NCBI RefSeq assembly: GCF_964204645.1
Contig: NC_134036.1
Location: 310,001 to 374,000 of the forward strand
Direction of reading: 5' to 3'
Origin: Tubulanus polymorphus
Taxonomy: Eukaryota; Animalia; Nemertea
DNA: 64,000 bases
Below are positions 1-11,967 of the stretch, piece after piece; within the stretch, counting starts at the first letter, position 1, and every line of letters begins with the position of its first letter. Position numbers and translations under genes: made by a program. The notes beneath the pieces were generated by a model. It was not told the DNA's origin. It did no database searches and saw only the letters and a list, made by a program, of their open reading frames with translations.

Positions 1-481
1 ATGAGAACTTGTCTATCGCGTGGAACTGGGCCAAACATCATTAAAAAAAAGTATCCGACCCAATCAGATTCCTTGAATATATTTAAATATACGAATCATA
101 TAGCCTTGTTTTTAAAGTTATAGAATTAAGTTTATTTTATTTATTCGAGTTTTCTTTTAATATTTTTTGTTTATTGCGCTATAACATGATAACATATAAA
201 ATAACTATGATATTTATTTGTGCATGTGTTCATTATATATAAAATATTTGCAATAAAAACCGCTTGTGAAATGAAAATATTTCAAACGTCCTTATATTTG
301 CTTTCAAGAGTTTCTTTTTGAGAAAAGAATATGTTTATTCCTGCTGCAAAAGAGTGATGTCACTTCGTGCCTATTTTTGATACAAGCCAGAAAGAAACAT
401 ATTCATTCAACTCTGAATATTAACAAATGACATTGATGATGAAATGATACAGTAATTTCGATGTCGACAGTTTATAGTTTA

Positions 482-1846
482 CTATGAGAAAACTGGACTC
501 GTGCAAGCAGACAATATCAGCGCAAACAGTACTGCAATAAGCGACCCCTTGTGGGTGAAAGAAGAGTTACAGTAACTGCCACTCGAACAACACTTTATCT
601 CCTTCGTATAAGTGGGACCTTTAATCGTCTCCTCTACACAATCCGGGCTACATTTCCTCGTCATGAAGAAAGTACCGTCTCTTAGCGTTATCGTTTCTTT
701 CTAGAAAATAAAATTGATCGGTTTTTAATAGACATCTAAATTAGTTAGAGGTATCGTATTGTAAATATAGGATAGTGTTGCATTGTATTTTGTGTGTAAT
801 TGTTAAAGATCGGACTCTCAAAGAGTCCAAACCTCGGCAACAATGCCCGAAAAGATGTGGGTGTCTGACTAGATGGGGCACTGTTTGACAATACCACATT
901 GGATGAAGCATATTCTTGAATAGGACTGAATGATGGCCGGTTTTTTGTTTTCAGTTGCTAGGAGACGATCAAACACTTACCATACAATACGTGGTATCTC
1001 CTCCGTTGCCACAGCGATATGAGGTAAAGTCTTCCGTGCTGCTGCGGCTACCGTACAGTCGATCCGGGTCCTCGTAACAGTAATGGATCGACCTGACACC
1101 TGGCGGAGAAAATCACTCCATACAATACATACAAAGTTACAATGTATTAACAGGGATGGATCTAGGAAAGGCCAGAAGAAAGGAAAAGACATTTTTCAGA
1201 TTGGCCTAAAGCATCCAAGTCAATCGCTTCTACTTTGGTGGTAGATACTTTTTTTTAAGAAAATAGAACAGAAAATATTCAATTTCCGAAAGGATGGGCT
1301 TTAAAAAATTTGCAGGTTTTAACGAACTTTGAATTAACGAAAAGGGCAACCTCAATGGGAAGGCAGGGGTCCAGACCCCCGACACCACCCCCCTTAATCC
1401 GCCCTAGTATTAAATTCCTATTGTTTATCACCAACCACGAGCTTGTTGTAGCTAGCTTACAATGTATACATATGTTTGGCAAATTTAGGCGTTTATTTGC
1501 GAGATTTAGGCCGACGAATTTTTGAAAAGCGAATTGGTAATTTTTGAATGATAAAGATCTTTACCTAGATTGTAATTCCTTCGCTTCATGCTCGATACCT
1601 CCTTCAAGAACAGATCCGACTCCACGGTCAGCGGGTCGTATGTACCGTATTCGCATTGGTAACATTTCCACGCCAGACCGTCAGCGATTCCTGTACCGAA
1701 AAAAATGGCGCTCAATCAGAATATTTCAACCGTCTAAAGGCTATTCGCATTACTAGATTATATAAAGATTATGACGTGTGCCATTGATTACCTGTGACGG
1801 AGTAAACTGTGATTAAAGTTGCCGTTAAAATGGTCGTCAAAGACAT
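482..1846 (-). CDS. Ly6/uPAR (three-finger, LU domain) GPI-anchored protein A, 4 coding exons (1846-1792, 1690-1565, 1099-981, 700-482)
   Basis: GT-AG splicing with consistent phases gives a signal peptide MSLTTILTATLITVYSVTG, then KCYQC...HYC...YRC...TYCMK...RKCSPDC...KCCSSGSYCN (10 Cys, CCxxxxxCN end), then a hydrophobic GPI-type tail ending in TAG at 484-482. Confidence 0.88.
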
Positions 1847-2580
1847 TCTCTTTCCTATTGAAGAAGATAAGAATTTCGATGACGTAATGATATTCCTGAA
1901 GAAAAAACGCCCTCATTTTCTTCTACAAGTTTTATGTGTTAAAGACCCCTATTTAGTACTATCAAAGAGGCAGCAGCAGCCCATAGTTCATCCATACATC
2001 CTAAAATTGTCCACTTGTTATTTGGAACATTAAGTAGGACATTTTCCCGTCAGTACACCCGTAAAGTGAAACTCAGGTACCTTTTCAACAAATAGCACTA
2101 AATATATCATCAAAACTGTTGTCTGTTGTCTGTAGGCCTAACGGTGGTATACAATGATTTGATGCGACTCAGTTGACTTCAGAAACTCTAGAGAAATTCG
2201 TCACTTTCTGAAGACTTACCAGTGATACCGGCTTCAAGACGCCTTTATGTCGATATATATATATGCACGTATATACAGAAATTCTGTACCGGTTTTAGCG
2301 CAGTGACTGAGATTCAGTATTAGACACAGTGTATATAGAGACTTCAACTTCTACTTGTTTTCTTCAAGACCAACGAACCGTGGACAATACACTTAGCTTA
2401 CAGTACAGTAGAAACCACGCCGCTGGTTTATGATTTTATATTTGTAAATAGTTCTCGATGTCCCTCTGTAAACGGTACCTCTTTCGTTGTGGTGATAAGT
2501 GTGTAAATAAATTTCAAATTTTCTTCAACCAAAAGTCAATTCAATGAAATGATTGACAGTACAGTGCAATAAAGAGAGAC

Positions 2581-2658
2581 CAGTTGAGGACCAAGTGAGG
2601 GCCAAGTGAGGACCAGGTGAGGGCCAAGTGAGAGCCAGGTGAGGGCCAGGTGAGGGCT
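2581..2658. repeat. 11-bp minisatellite (gtgagggccaa-like), ~7 copies
   Basis: Direct tandem copies gtgagggccaa/gtgaggaccag are visible. Confidence 0.8.
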
Positions 2659-3551
2659 AACAAATGAATATTTTATATCAAACATCAATTCGTTGAGAAA
2701 GAAAGTCAGTGTCTCATCCATGATACCATGCTGTCCTTTCACTGACTCTCCGTGAAACTTTTACCCATTTGTTCATTTTTATTCGGAAGAATTTTTCTTT
2801 TTTTCTGTGAATAGACTGAAGAGAAACGACAGTTTTCGCTGAACTGAGCTGTTGAACGACGTTTCTTTTGTGAAAAGTATCGACACAAAAACGAAACAAA
2901 AAGTGCAAAATCGAATCGATAAAAATGTGTTTAATTCAAAATCACAAACAATATTCTCTACGAGTACAAAATGGATAAAAACTAGAAAACGTTTCAATAT
3001 GGCGGCGGTTTGAGTGGGGCGCTTGTCGGTCGCTGATTATAGTTTTTGAATTTTCTCAATTGTGGAGTAAAATAAATAGAAATGTACATGTATTTAATTT
3101 AAATAAACTTGATATCAAAATATATTATATATTTTTGTAAAAACGTCATATCGACAATTGACACCATCATAAACATGTATATAATTAATTAGCAGATATT
3201 CTGGAGTAGGTCTAGTGTTATATAAACAAAGGCTACATTGATTATTACTATGTTCAGGCATTTCGAGGATTGTAATGTATTTATTGTATTGTATTTTAGG
3301 TTTCGTTGTCAAATTTACAGAAATTATTGCTGATTTTCTCTACGAGTAATTAGTTCTAACTGAGGTTCGCATAAGTGCCGAATCCTTGTAAATAGAATAT
3401 CATCAGATTATGCAGAGACTTGTACTGTTCCTATGAATACCAAAAAAGAATTATGTATCAATAAACATCATTCATTCTTGTTTTATAAAATCTTTCCTAA
3501 CGTCAGATATGTCTTATGACATCAGAAGGGGAAGCAAATCATATTAATACC

Positions 3552-6500
3552 TTAAGAAACAGTATCATAGTTATCCTCACCATCTTCCAGAGTCGGATTC
3601 TCGTAGATATTGTCATAGCTTTCTACATGAAGAAGAATTGTTATTGTCAATAAATAAAGCTAATTCAACATTTGAAAATAAACCTCACGGCTCTATTAGA
3701 CAAACCTCTTGATGATTTTGGACAATTCACATAAGTTGTATCTCCTTCACTTGCGGTTCCCTTCGCCAAATGTTTACTTTTATTAGAAGGTGAAATATTC
3801 CCCATGGATATTTCTGCATTGTTCGATGTTTCTTTAGTTTTGAATCCACCGCGTCTGGAAGATGTGAAATAGTTATAAGCGCTTAATGACCCATTGTGGA
3901 TAACTGAATGAGATGGAATTCGATTGTCAAATGAGTATCATAGCTACATAGGATAATAGAGGTCGCCATTATTCACTCATACCTCCAAACTATAAGTAGA
4001 ACAACAGCTACTAATAACAATATGACGACAGCTGCAACAACGCCACCTATTATTCCTGCATTACTAGACGGTGCTTTAACAGTGATTCTCTCTTGCTGTT
4101 GTTCTATTGGCGGATAATGCCGAAACGTTTCCTAAAAATTTGAAAAAATGTCATTTTCGAATCGTAAACTACAATTTGTATTGAAAGACAAGATGAACTC
4201 ACTCCGTTATAATTCTCAACGATTCCTAAAATAAAACTGTATGATTTTCCAGTTTCTAGAGGAGCATTAAAGTAACCACTATAGTCACGTGTATCACCAA
4301 CTATAAACTCAGAGGGCACTTCCGGTGGTAGAACTGCAGTAATATAAACTGATAATCCTCGCTGTTTAGCTTCTCCGTACGAGACGTACTGTGATTGGTT
4401 GACTGCGCGCTTCCGGCGACGGTTGATTGGTCCGTCGTGTTTCTTCACGATCACCTCGTAACCGCTGCAAATCAGACGAAATATTGTTTTATAAACCCAG
4501 GTGCTTAATTCTCATGGATAAAGGTATGGAGGACACTTACGTAATGTTACCAGTGTTAACACGGGTTATTTGAAGTGTAACAGTCGTGTCTGTTACCGCT
4601 GCTTGCTTGACAACCAGTTGAGGAATTGTTATTCGACCTGAAATATCATTAACTAAAACTGACATAAATTGATACTTGAGTTTGATATGTTTGAACGACT
4701 TACCCGGTGACCAGAAGCTTAGTCTGACAGGTGAGCCTTCACCTTTACTAGTCGAGGCAAAAACTGAACAGTTGTATTGAGTAAAAGGTATCAGTGACGT
4801 CGTTATGTCTAAAGTTGTGATGGAGCCTTCGATTTCAGGTTTGTTGAATGTTTTTCTTTCTGATAAAGGTGTTGTGGAAGTTGTACTGATGGGTTCACAC
4901 GTGAGCTGAAAACAGATAGGAGACATGTTACAGTATATAGCTGGTGGTGCCCCCTACTGGTCTGGACAAGAGTATTCCTACCCGATAATTAATGAAGTCA
5001 CCATTTGGACTGTTTGGTGGTGTCCATGTCAATGTTGATTTCAATGTATCCCTTGTGAATGAGAAGTCGAGAGAAGCGGGAGGTCCTGGTACTGAAATAA
5101 ACACCACACACAAATTAAACTTACAAACGATTCTGTGAATTGACAACATATTGTTTTACATTTTTTCAACCTACTTCCAACTTGCGTCAAAAAGTAAACT
5201 ATTTCACTCCATATTCCCCAACCTTTTGTACCCAGTGCAGCAACCTGCAAATATTAATCATTACCATTGCTATGATTCCAATATGTTGATGCCAATGGGA
5301 GAATTTGTAAATTTGAACCCACCTTGCAACCATACCATTTATTTCGAACCAGGTTCGTCACTTTTTTTTTGAGTACATTGCGTTCAACATCTTCCGTTAT
5401 TATTCGCTCAATTGTATTAGAATTATTCTTAGTGGCGTCGCCACACATGATATTATATTTGATAATTTGTGCTAACGGAGGAACAGGAGAACTCCACGCG
5501 AATATGATACTGTTTGGAGCAGCTGATCGAGCTTCAGGGATCGGTGCGCCTGGAACTGAAATGTATAAACACATCAAGTTTCTCAAGGTTCATTTATGGA
5601 TTCATTCCTCAGATTTGAGGACAGATGAGTTGAATTTCGAAAACTCACCAGCTTCGTCAGTTGTGAATATTTTACTTGGAGATTCTTTACTGGAACCTTT
5701 ACTGTTCACCCAGTTATACGTCAGTTCATACTTAGTAAACGGAACCAGTTTATCTATTGTGAACTGTTTCAACTGGGTTGTTCCTTCTTTAACAAGTTTC
5801 ATCGTATCTTTCTCCAGTAACTTGTATCTGTAATGTTTGAAAGTTCCATGTTGGTTTTCACACGTCAAATCCTTGAAGTTGATATCAATATAAGTGTCAA
5901 TCTTGATTTTGCTATTTTTAATAGTTTCAACAGTGACATCCGCCATGGCAGGTTTACCAGTTGGCGCTGTAACGATGAAATATATCTTGGTCAAAAAATA
6001 AAAGAGTGCAAATAACGACATCTTTTATAGTTCTCAAAACATTTTCAATATAATAATTTCAAAACTAACCAGATTGAAGAGTTGCCCCGGTAACTGTCCT
6101 CTTGTTTAGATCTAAGCCACCAGCCGAGGTTTCGGCTAACACCGTGATTTCATATTCCGCATAAGGCTTTAATCCAGTGATTAAGCGGTCTGTAATCACA
6201 TTTGAAAGAGCAACTTCTTGAGGACCACCTCCCTGTGCTGGAGTCGGACAAGTTTTATATCTGAGAAGTTTGTTCCACAATCTGTATTTAGTGATAATTC
6301 CATTTGGTTTATCAGGTGCAGACCACGTGACTCTGAAGCTTCTTTCTGTTTGCTGGGACACAGTGAGTGACGTCACAGGTCCAGGAGCTGAAGTTTATGG
6401 AAAAAGCATGAAAGTATGAAAGTATCTGTGACCAAGCGTTACTTAAAGGATGTTTGTAACCTTTGTTTTGATATATCGGTGTTTTGATATTTCTATTCAG

Positions 6501-9369
6501 CTAACGTCTGCTAGAGTCTCTATTATTATAATTTAGGATTTTCTTTTCTTGTTTTATTTTGAATTAATTTGAAGTTTCGTTTCGTTTTGGATTATTGGGA
6601 TCTTAAGCGTTTGGAACATAACAAAAACATGGTTTTGAAACCATTTGTAATTTAAAAGATCGTCACTGGGATCTTTAGCGTTTGGAAGATCATTCTTTTT
6701 TGAATTACCTGCAGTCGCCGTTTTGTAATTTATAGGTTGGGTGTAGACAAACTTCTGAGTGACGTCATTCTTTACACCTATTCTAACTTCATAATCAGTA
6801 TCAGGTTCTAGTCCTGTTAGTGTGTGGCCGGTAGGTTGCGCCACTGTTGTAGTCCATGTTTGTCGGTTCAGTTGTTTATATTCGACTTGATAAACAGCTT
6901 TAGTGACGTCACACTGTAACTCTGCAGCAGTTAAAGCCTGCAACATAATAATAATTCACTACATGTTTGTATCGTGTCTCAGTGAAAGAGAAGGTGCACA
7001 TTTTCTTTGCTTTCCATAGAAAATAAATGAACATCGGGTGAATTTATGTAATTCTGGGTGAGGCACACTTACGGTCCATGCAAGTATCAGATTGGTTGTC
7101 TGGGGCCACGTGTTACTGTTCTCAACCGCTGTGGACACCACACGAACATCTTTAGGACCGTTTAATGGATCTACAATAAAACAAACATGTTTAACACAAT
7201 TCTATGTTTTGAATTGATGATTAAGAGTTTATTAGAATGAGGGGTTTTTACCTGCACACAGAGTTAGTACTGGACTAGTCAGACTTGCATTTGATATAAC
7301 TTGAATGTTCACTAATTTCTGTAGTCTAACAGCTATCTTATACCCGGTATTAGGAGTTAAACCAGTAATTGTGTGATGTGTAAGGATTCCTGCAGATTCA
7401 TGATTAGTCCAAGTATTTTCTGATATCTTACGATAAACGACTTGATACTGAACGCTGACAGTACCACGTCCTGAATCTACTACAGAACCCGAGTAAGCTG
7501 TCCAACTGACCTTTACACTGTTATCTGTCAGTGCAGATTCTGTTAACTGCGAAAACAACTTCATTTCTAGAAAAATATCTTTAAAACTTAATGAATGTAA
7601 TCAATTATGAAAAAGGAAATTGGTTTGTATTGAAGTTACACGAATATTTTACTTTCGGTCATTTCTGATTCATATTGGTTACTATATTTAGGGAATATAA
7701 AGTGAGATTCCCAGGAATCTATGATTCAGTGTAATATACCTGACTCGCACCACTTTCCGATGTAATTCTGTGAACAGCCAGATTTACAGATACCACTCAA
7801 ATAGTTACAACTTTCACTGTTGTAACATCTACATTCAATCATACATCCAAATGAGTTCGATCCTTTACTGCAACCACCGGGCGCTAAACAGAAATTTAAA
7901 GGTGATACTTTGGATACTCACTGAATATTTTAACCAATTTTTAAAATCCATCTGCCCCGGGTAATTGGGTCTTTCATCAATCCATGTAAGCAGCTATGAA
8001 AAACTTACCGATATACTTGAACCCGATAACTTCTATTTCTGCCAGTCCGAGATACTCTTTCTTACCAATGTTCTTGTGTTGAACGGTGACGTATTGTCCA
8101 ACTAGAGGACCTGGACTGCATACTAATGTTTTATGCGTACCGCAGAGAGCGGGACCCTGGTAAGTACATTTCTGGTCAGATATTAGACTTCCAACCTGAA
8201 TCTCCAGGTTGCGCGCGCGTTTTTCTAAGAGAAATATATGTGAAATATTTGAAGAGTTGATAGCTTTGATTTTAATTAAAGTTGTATATTTTTTTCCATA
8301 AGATTTGATCACGACTAAAATAATATGATTTCCACTCATAATTTTCCTATCAGATTTCAATGAAATGATCAATGATAATAATTCATACTCACTCCACTCA
8401 GCGTCGCAATCAGTCGCGTCTGTTCTATCCCAAAGTGTAACTTCGCGTACCACGTATTGAGTTCCGAGATCAATTCTAATCCAGGCGTCTTGATCCTCTT
8501 TAGTGTGACATAGTTCACCACCACCACTTATTGCCGTCTGACCATCTGCACATTTATCGCCAGTCCCATGGAAGGCAAAATGGGATGACATTGTAACTGT
8601 TTTACCACGAGCCACGTTACCTACAAAACACGATGTGTGAAGGTTCGATCATCGAACTTATTTCACAAATTATGAAAATAAACATTTTTTTGTTTTTAAA
8701 GTGATGAAATAATCAGAGTTACAGCGATTCCTGGATGTTTAAAATTTTCATCAATGTAACGCATTTCATCTCCGTCTTATCCGTTAATCTGAGATAAATC
8801 CGAGGTTCGGTGATATTTCACTTGACCCCGGTTTACTGGAGCAGAAACAGTTGATACAGAAAACTTACCGATTTGACAAGCTGGTCCGGTCCATCCTGGC
8901 GGTGTCCAGGGATATGGAGTTTTTATTGTAGACTCACATGCAGTGTTAGGATACGGACACGTTAAAGCACCATTTATATCCTGACCCTTTATTGGACATT
9001 TGTCCAATGCTGTATTACTGCAATGACACTCCCAACCAGTACAACTCTTCCCAAAACATTTTGCTGAAATAACAGTTGAGTTTCTTTCTGTAGTTCTTCT
9101 CTCAGCTCTCCACCCCCGGAATCCTGACAGTGACAGAGTTTCTTTCTGTAGTTCTTCTCTGAGCTCTCCACCCCCGACAATTGATAGTTTGAATCCGGGA
9201 CAGTGACAGAGTTAATTTCGCTCCTTTCCTTAAAGCTTTATTACTTTTATGTTGTCAAAAATCTTTTAATACAATTAAAGCTGATGATTAACTCACCTGA
9301 TGTGTTTGTGATGAATAAACACAGAATCAACAACAGCAGAAAACGAAAGATGTTTCTTTCACGGTACAT
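3552..9369 (-). CDS. Type-I membrane receptor, ~1,150 aa, 18 exons: signal peptide, EGF-like, F-type lectin, EGF-like, ~6 FN3, RPTP-type juxtamembrane FN3-like domain, TM, Tyr-motif tail; no catalytic domain
   Basis: ATG 9369 MYRERNIFRFLLLLILCLFITNTS. Cys-rich exons 9063-8869 (GWTGPACQ) and 7883-7740 (CRC...C...SGICKSGCSQNYIGKWCE). F-lectin exons 8620-8393 and 8224-8009 (NVARGK, CADG, CHT..W.RIDLG..RTD, LAEIEV). FN3 exons with W and LxPxTxY motifs. FIVGD..YSGYFNAPL..GKSY juxtamembrane motif. TM IIGGVVAAVVILLLVAVVLLIVW (exon 4131-3983). Tail exons 3854-3706 and 3622-3552 end NYDTVS-TAA. Confidence 0.85.
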
Positions 9370-9962
9370 TTTGTCTGTCTGAATGACGCAGTATAATATA
9401 ACTTCCTTGTTCGTTTAGTTCCTTCGAATTTTCAAATAAATCATTTTAAAGAATTTTTGAATAGTTTCTATGCATTGAAATTGCAGTCAACACAATTCAA
9501 TGGAAGTGCTGATTTTTAATGTATGGGGAAGGAAGGTGGTCAGACCAAAACATCAAGGGTCACAGCCGCCAGTTTGAGTCTCATGTGAAATAACAAAACA
9601 AACCTTTAGATTATATAAAAACAAACATATTTTACGATACATAAAAAGACAGTTTTAATTCTATCATGTATTAGATTCGACAGAAATACCACGTTAGGCT
9701 CAGCACCCTTCCTATGAAAGTAGAACATGTCGTTTGGGTTTTTTACTAAAAAGGATAGTAGCAGAACGGTCTTGTATAACTAGATTTGTATGCATATCTG
9801 TTGAGAGTTATGATTTCACATTTGTCATTGTAAGCGAATTCTATTCAAACTCCAAACATTTCTTTGGTAGACTATAGAATATACAATATTTACATTCAAC
9901 AGAAGATATAAACTTGCCTTATTAAGATATAAATGGGGGTTATTATATAATGTAGTATATGT

Positions 9963-10727
9963 AGTTTTTGAATTTTCTCAAGTGTAGAGTAAAATAAATA
10001 GAAATGTACTTATTTAATTATTTTATATAAGTAAACTTGATATCAAAATATATTATATATCTTTGTTAATATATCATATAACTAATTAACACACCTGGAT
10101 CCAACCCTGATTATTTGTACCACTGATACGGGCGTTTTGTTTCAATAAAACAAAGGGCGAAGAATGAATGCGTGTCGCTCATTCGCCAAAATATAGTGAG
10201 TTCGTAGTTTTATTGACCAGCTAGTGGCGCCACCGTAGTCACTTATTGTCAACCAGTCAATCAGAGCCAACTGCACACGTCCTTTTTCAGTTCCGGAAAT
10301 CAGTTGTCTTTTCCCAAATCCTGACTCAAATGTGTAAATAAACTGTTTGCATATATGTTGATAATATGGGAATAAAGTTGATTGTATTGTATTGTATTTT
10401 AGGTTTCGTTGTCAAATTTACAGAAATTATTGCTGATTTTCTCTACGAGTAGTTAGTTCTAACTGAGGTTCGCATAATTGTCGAATCCTTGTAAATAGAA
10501 TATCATCAGATTATGCAGTAACTTTTATTGTTCCTATAAATACCAAAAAAGAATTATGTATCAATAAACATCATTCATTCTTGTTTTAGAAAATCTTTCC
10601 TAACGTCAGATATGTCTTATGACATCAGAAGAGGAAGCAAATCATATTAATACCTTAAGAAACAGTATCATAGTTATCCTCACCATCTTCCAGAGTCGGA
10701 TTCTCGCAGATATTGTCATAGCTTTCT
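9963..10727 (-). pseudogene. Orphan duplicate of the receptor's last exon, 3'UTR and downstream flank
   Basis: 10381-10727 matches 3283-3624 almost base for base, with one Tyr>Cys change in the exon. 9963-10095 resembles 3041-3155. No upstream exons are recognisable. Confidence 0.8.
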
Positions 10728-10830
10728 CGACAAACATCGACATAAAGCATAGAAATATCGTCATCGATTCAAATATCGTAATCGACTATAGTGTTGTTGT
10801 CACTGTAATAGAAAAGCCTCCTCAATACTG

Positions 10831-10941
10831 GATCCAGTTCCACAGTTGTGAGTTAGAGTTAATTCTGAGTTAAAGTTAGTTCATTTCCTATTCAGTAAAC
10901 TTAGACCAAGTAATTTTAACTCCAAACTGTGGAACTGGATC
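10831..10941. mobile_element. Palindromic MITE (family A) with CTG target-site duplication
   Basis: TIRs gatccagttccacagtt / aactgtggaactggatc; CTG at 10828-10830 and 10942-10944. Confidence 0.75.
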
Positions 10942-11967
10942 CTGAAGATTAACAAACTAACTTTTGATGCATTTTGCGCAATTGGTGAAATGCTTGACAA
11001 TCTGATCGTTCAATATTAAACGCCCCCTAGTGAATAAGTGTCGATACAGCTTGAAACTCATCACAATCATCAAGCTTGTCACGAGGACTGTCGGATAGCA
11101 ATATAGAAATTAATCCAGACTATATTTACTAGTATTTACCGTTGCAGTTATAGCTCCCACAACATTGAAGGTTAACAACTAAATATGTTTAACTGAATCT
11201 CTTTGAAGACGGATAAAAGCAATATATCTGGATTTTTTAGTTATCGCTTATCGATATTGTGGGTTTTTTTACATTCAGGGATTTGCAGGCATCTTCAGAA
11301 AATTCCTCTGATCGCTTGATTAAAGGCGAACCCTGATCAAACAACCAAACGAGCTACAATAGATTGCGGGTCACTATCATCGATCATTAGTTTTCGCTAT
11401 TGCCGTTGGTGGCGCTGTGATTCATGACACTTGTAGTGTGTAGATAGTATGTTGTAAATAACGTGTGTTATGTTTCAAAGTGGTTTTATCTGATGTTTTT
11501 GTAAATAATTGTAAAAACTGTTTTTTCCTCCATATACCATGGGAGTGGTTGGAGTGTAATAAATATTCGTAATATTCCTTCCTCAACCATCAACAAAATA
11601 TTCACAACAATAAAATCATTTAGATATATAATATACTTTTATTAATATTCCTCGGTAAAAAATACAAGCGATATTCATAATAATCGTAATGATAATAACA
11701 ATATACATTGTGTTAGAAAATACCTGCATTAGCATTATTGAGTGCTGAGCTATGCAATTTTCGTGGACAGTTAATTTCGAGGATTTTTGTGGAAAAATAT
11801 GATAGATATACATTTTGGACGAAGTTTATCGTAAAAACTGGAATGTTTTACATCACGAAACAACAGGAAATAAATATACAAACGCTGTCCGACATCATCC
11901 GATAACTAAAGAGTCCAACAATCAAACCCATAGCGACCGTATTAAAAACCTTTTTTTTTGCACATTT

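Noticed and set aside
1860-3550. Possible PTP or kinase exons completing the receptor
   Set aside because: No HCSAG, WPD or kinase motifs; the receptor frame ends in TAA at 3554-3552.
3552-3760. ITIM/ITAM call for the receptor tail
   Set aside because: The -2 residues and spacing do not fit the strict consensus; reported only as YxN/YxxV motifs.
5324-5833. 169-aa plus-strand ORF
   Set aside because: Antisense to FN3 exons and spans an intron; no independent coding signal.
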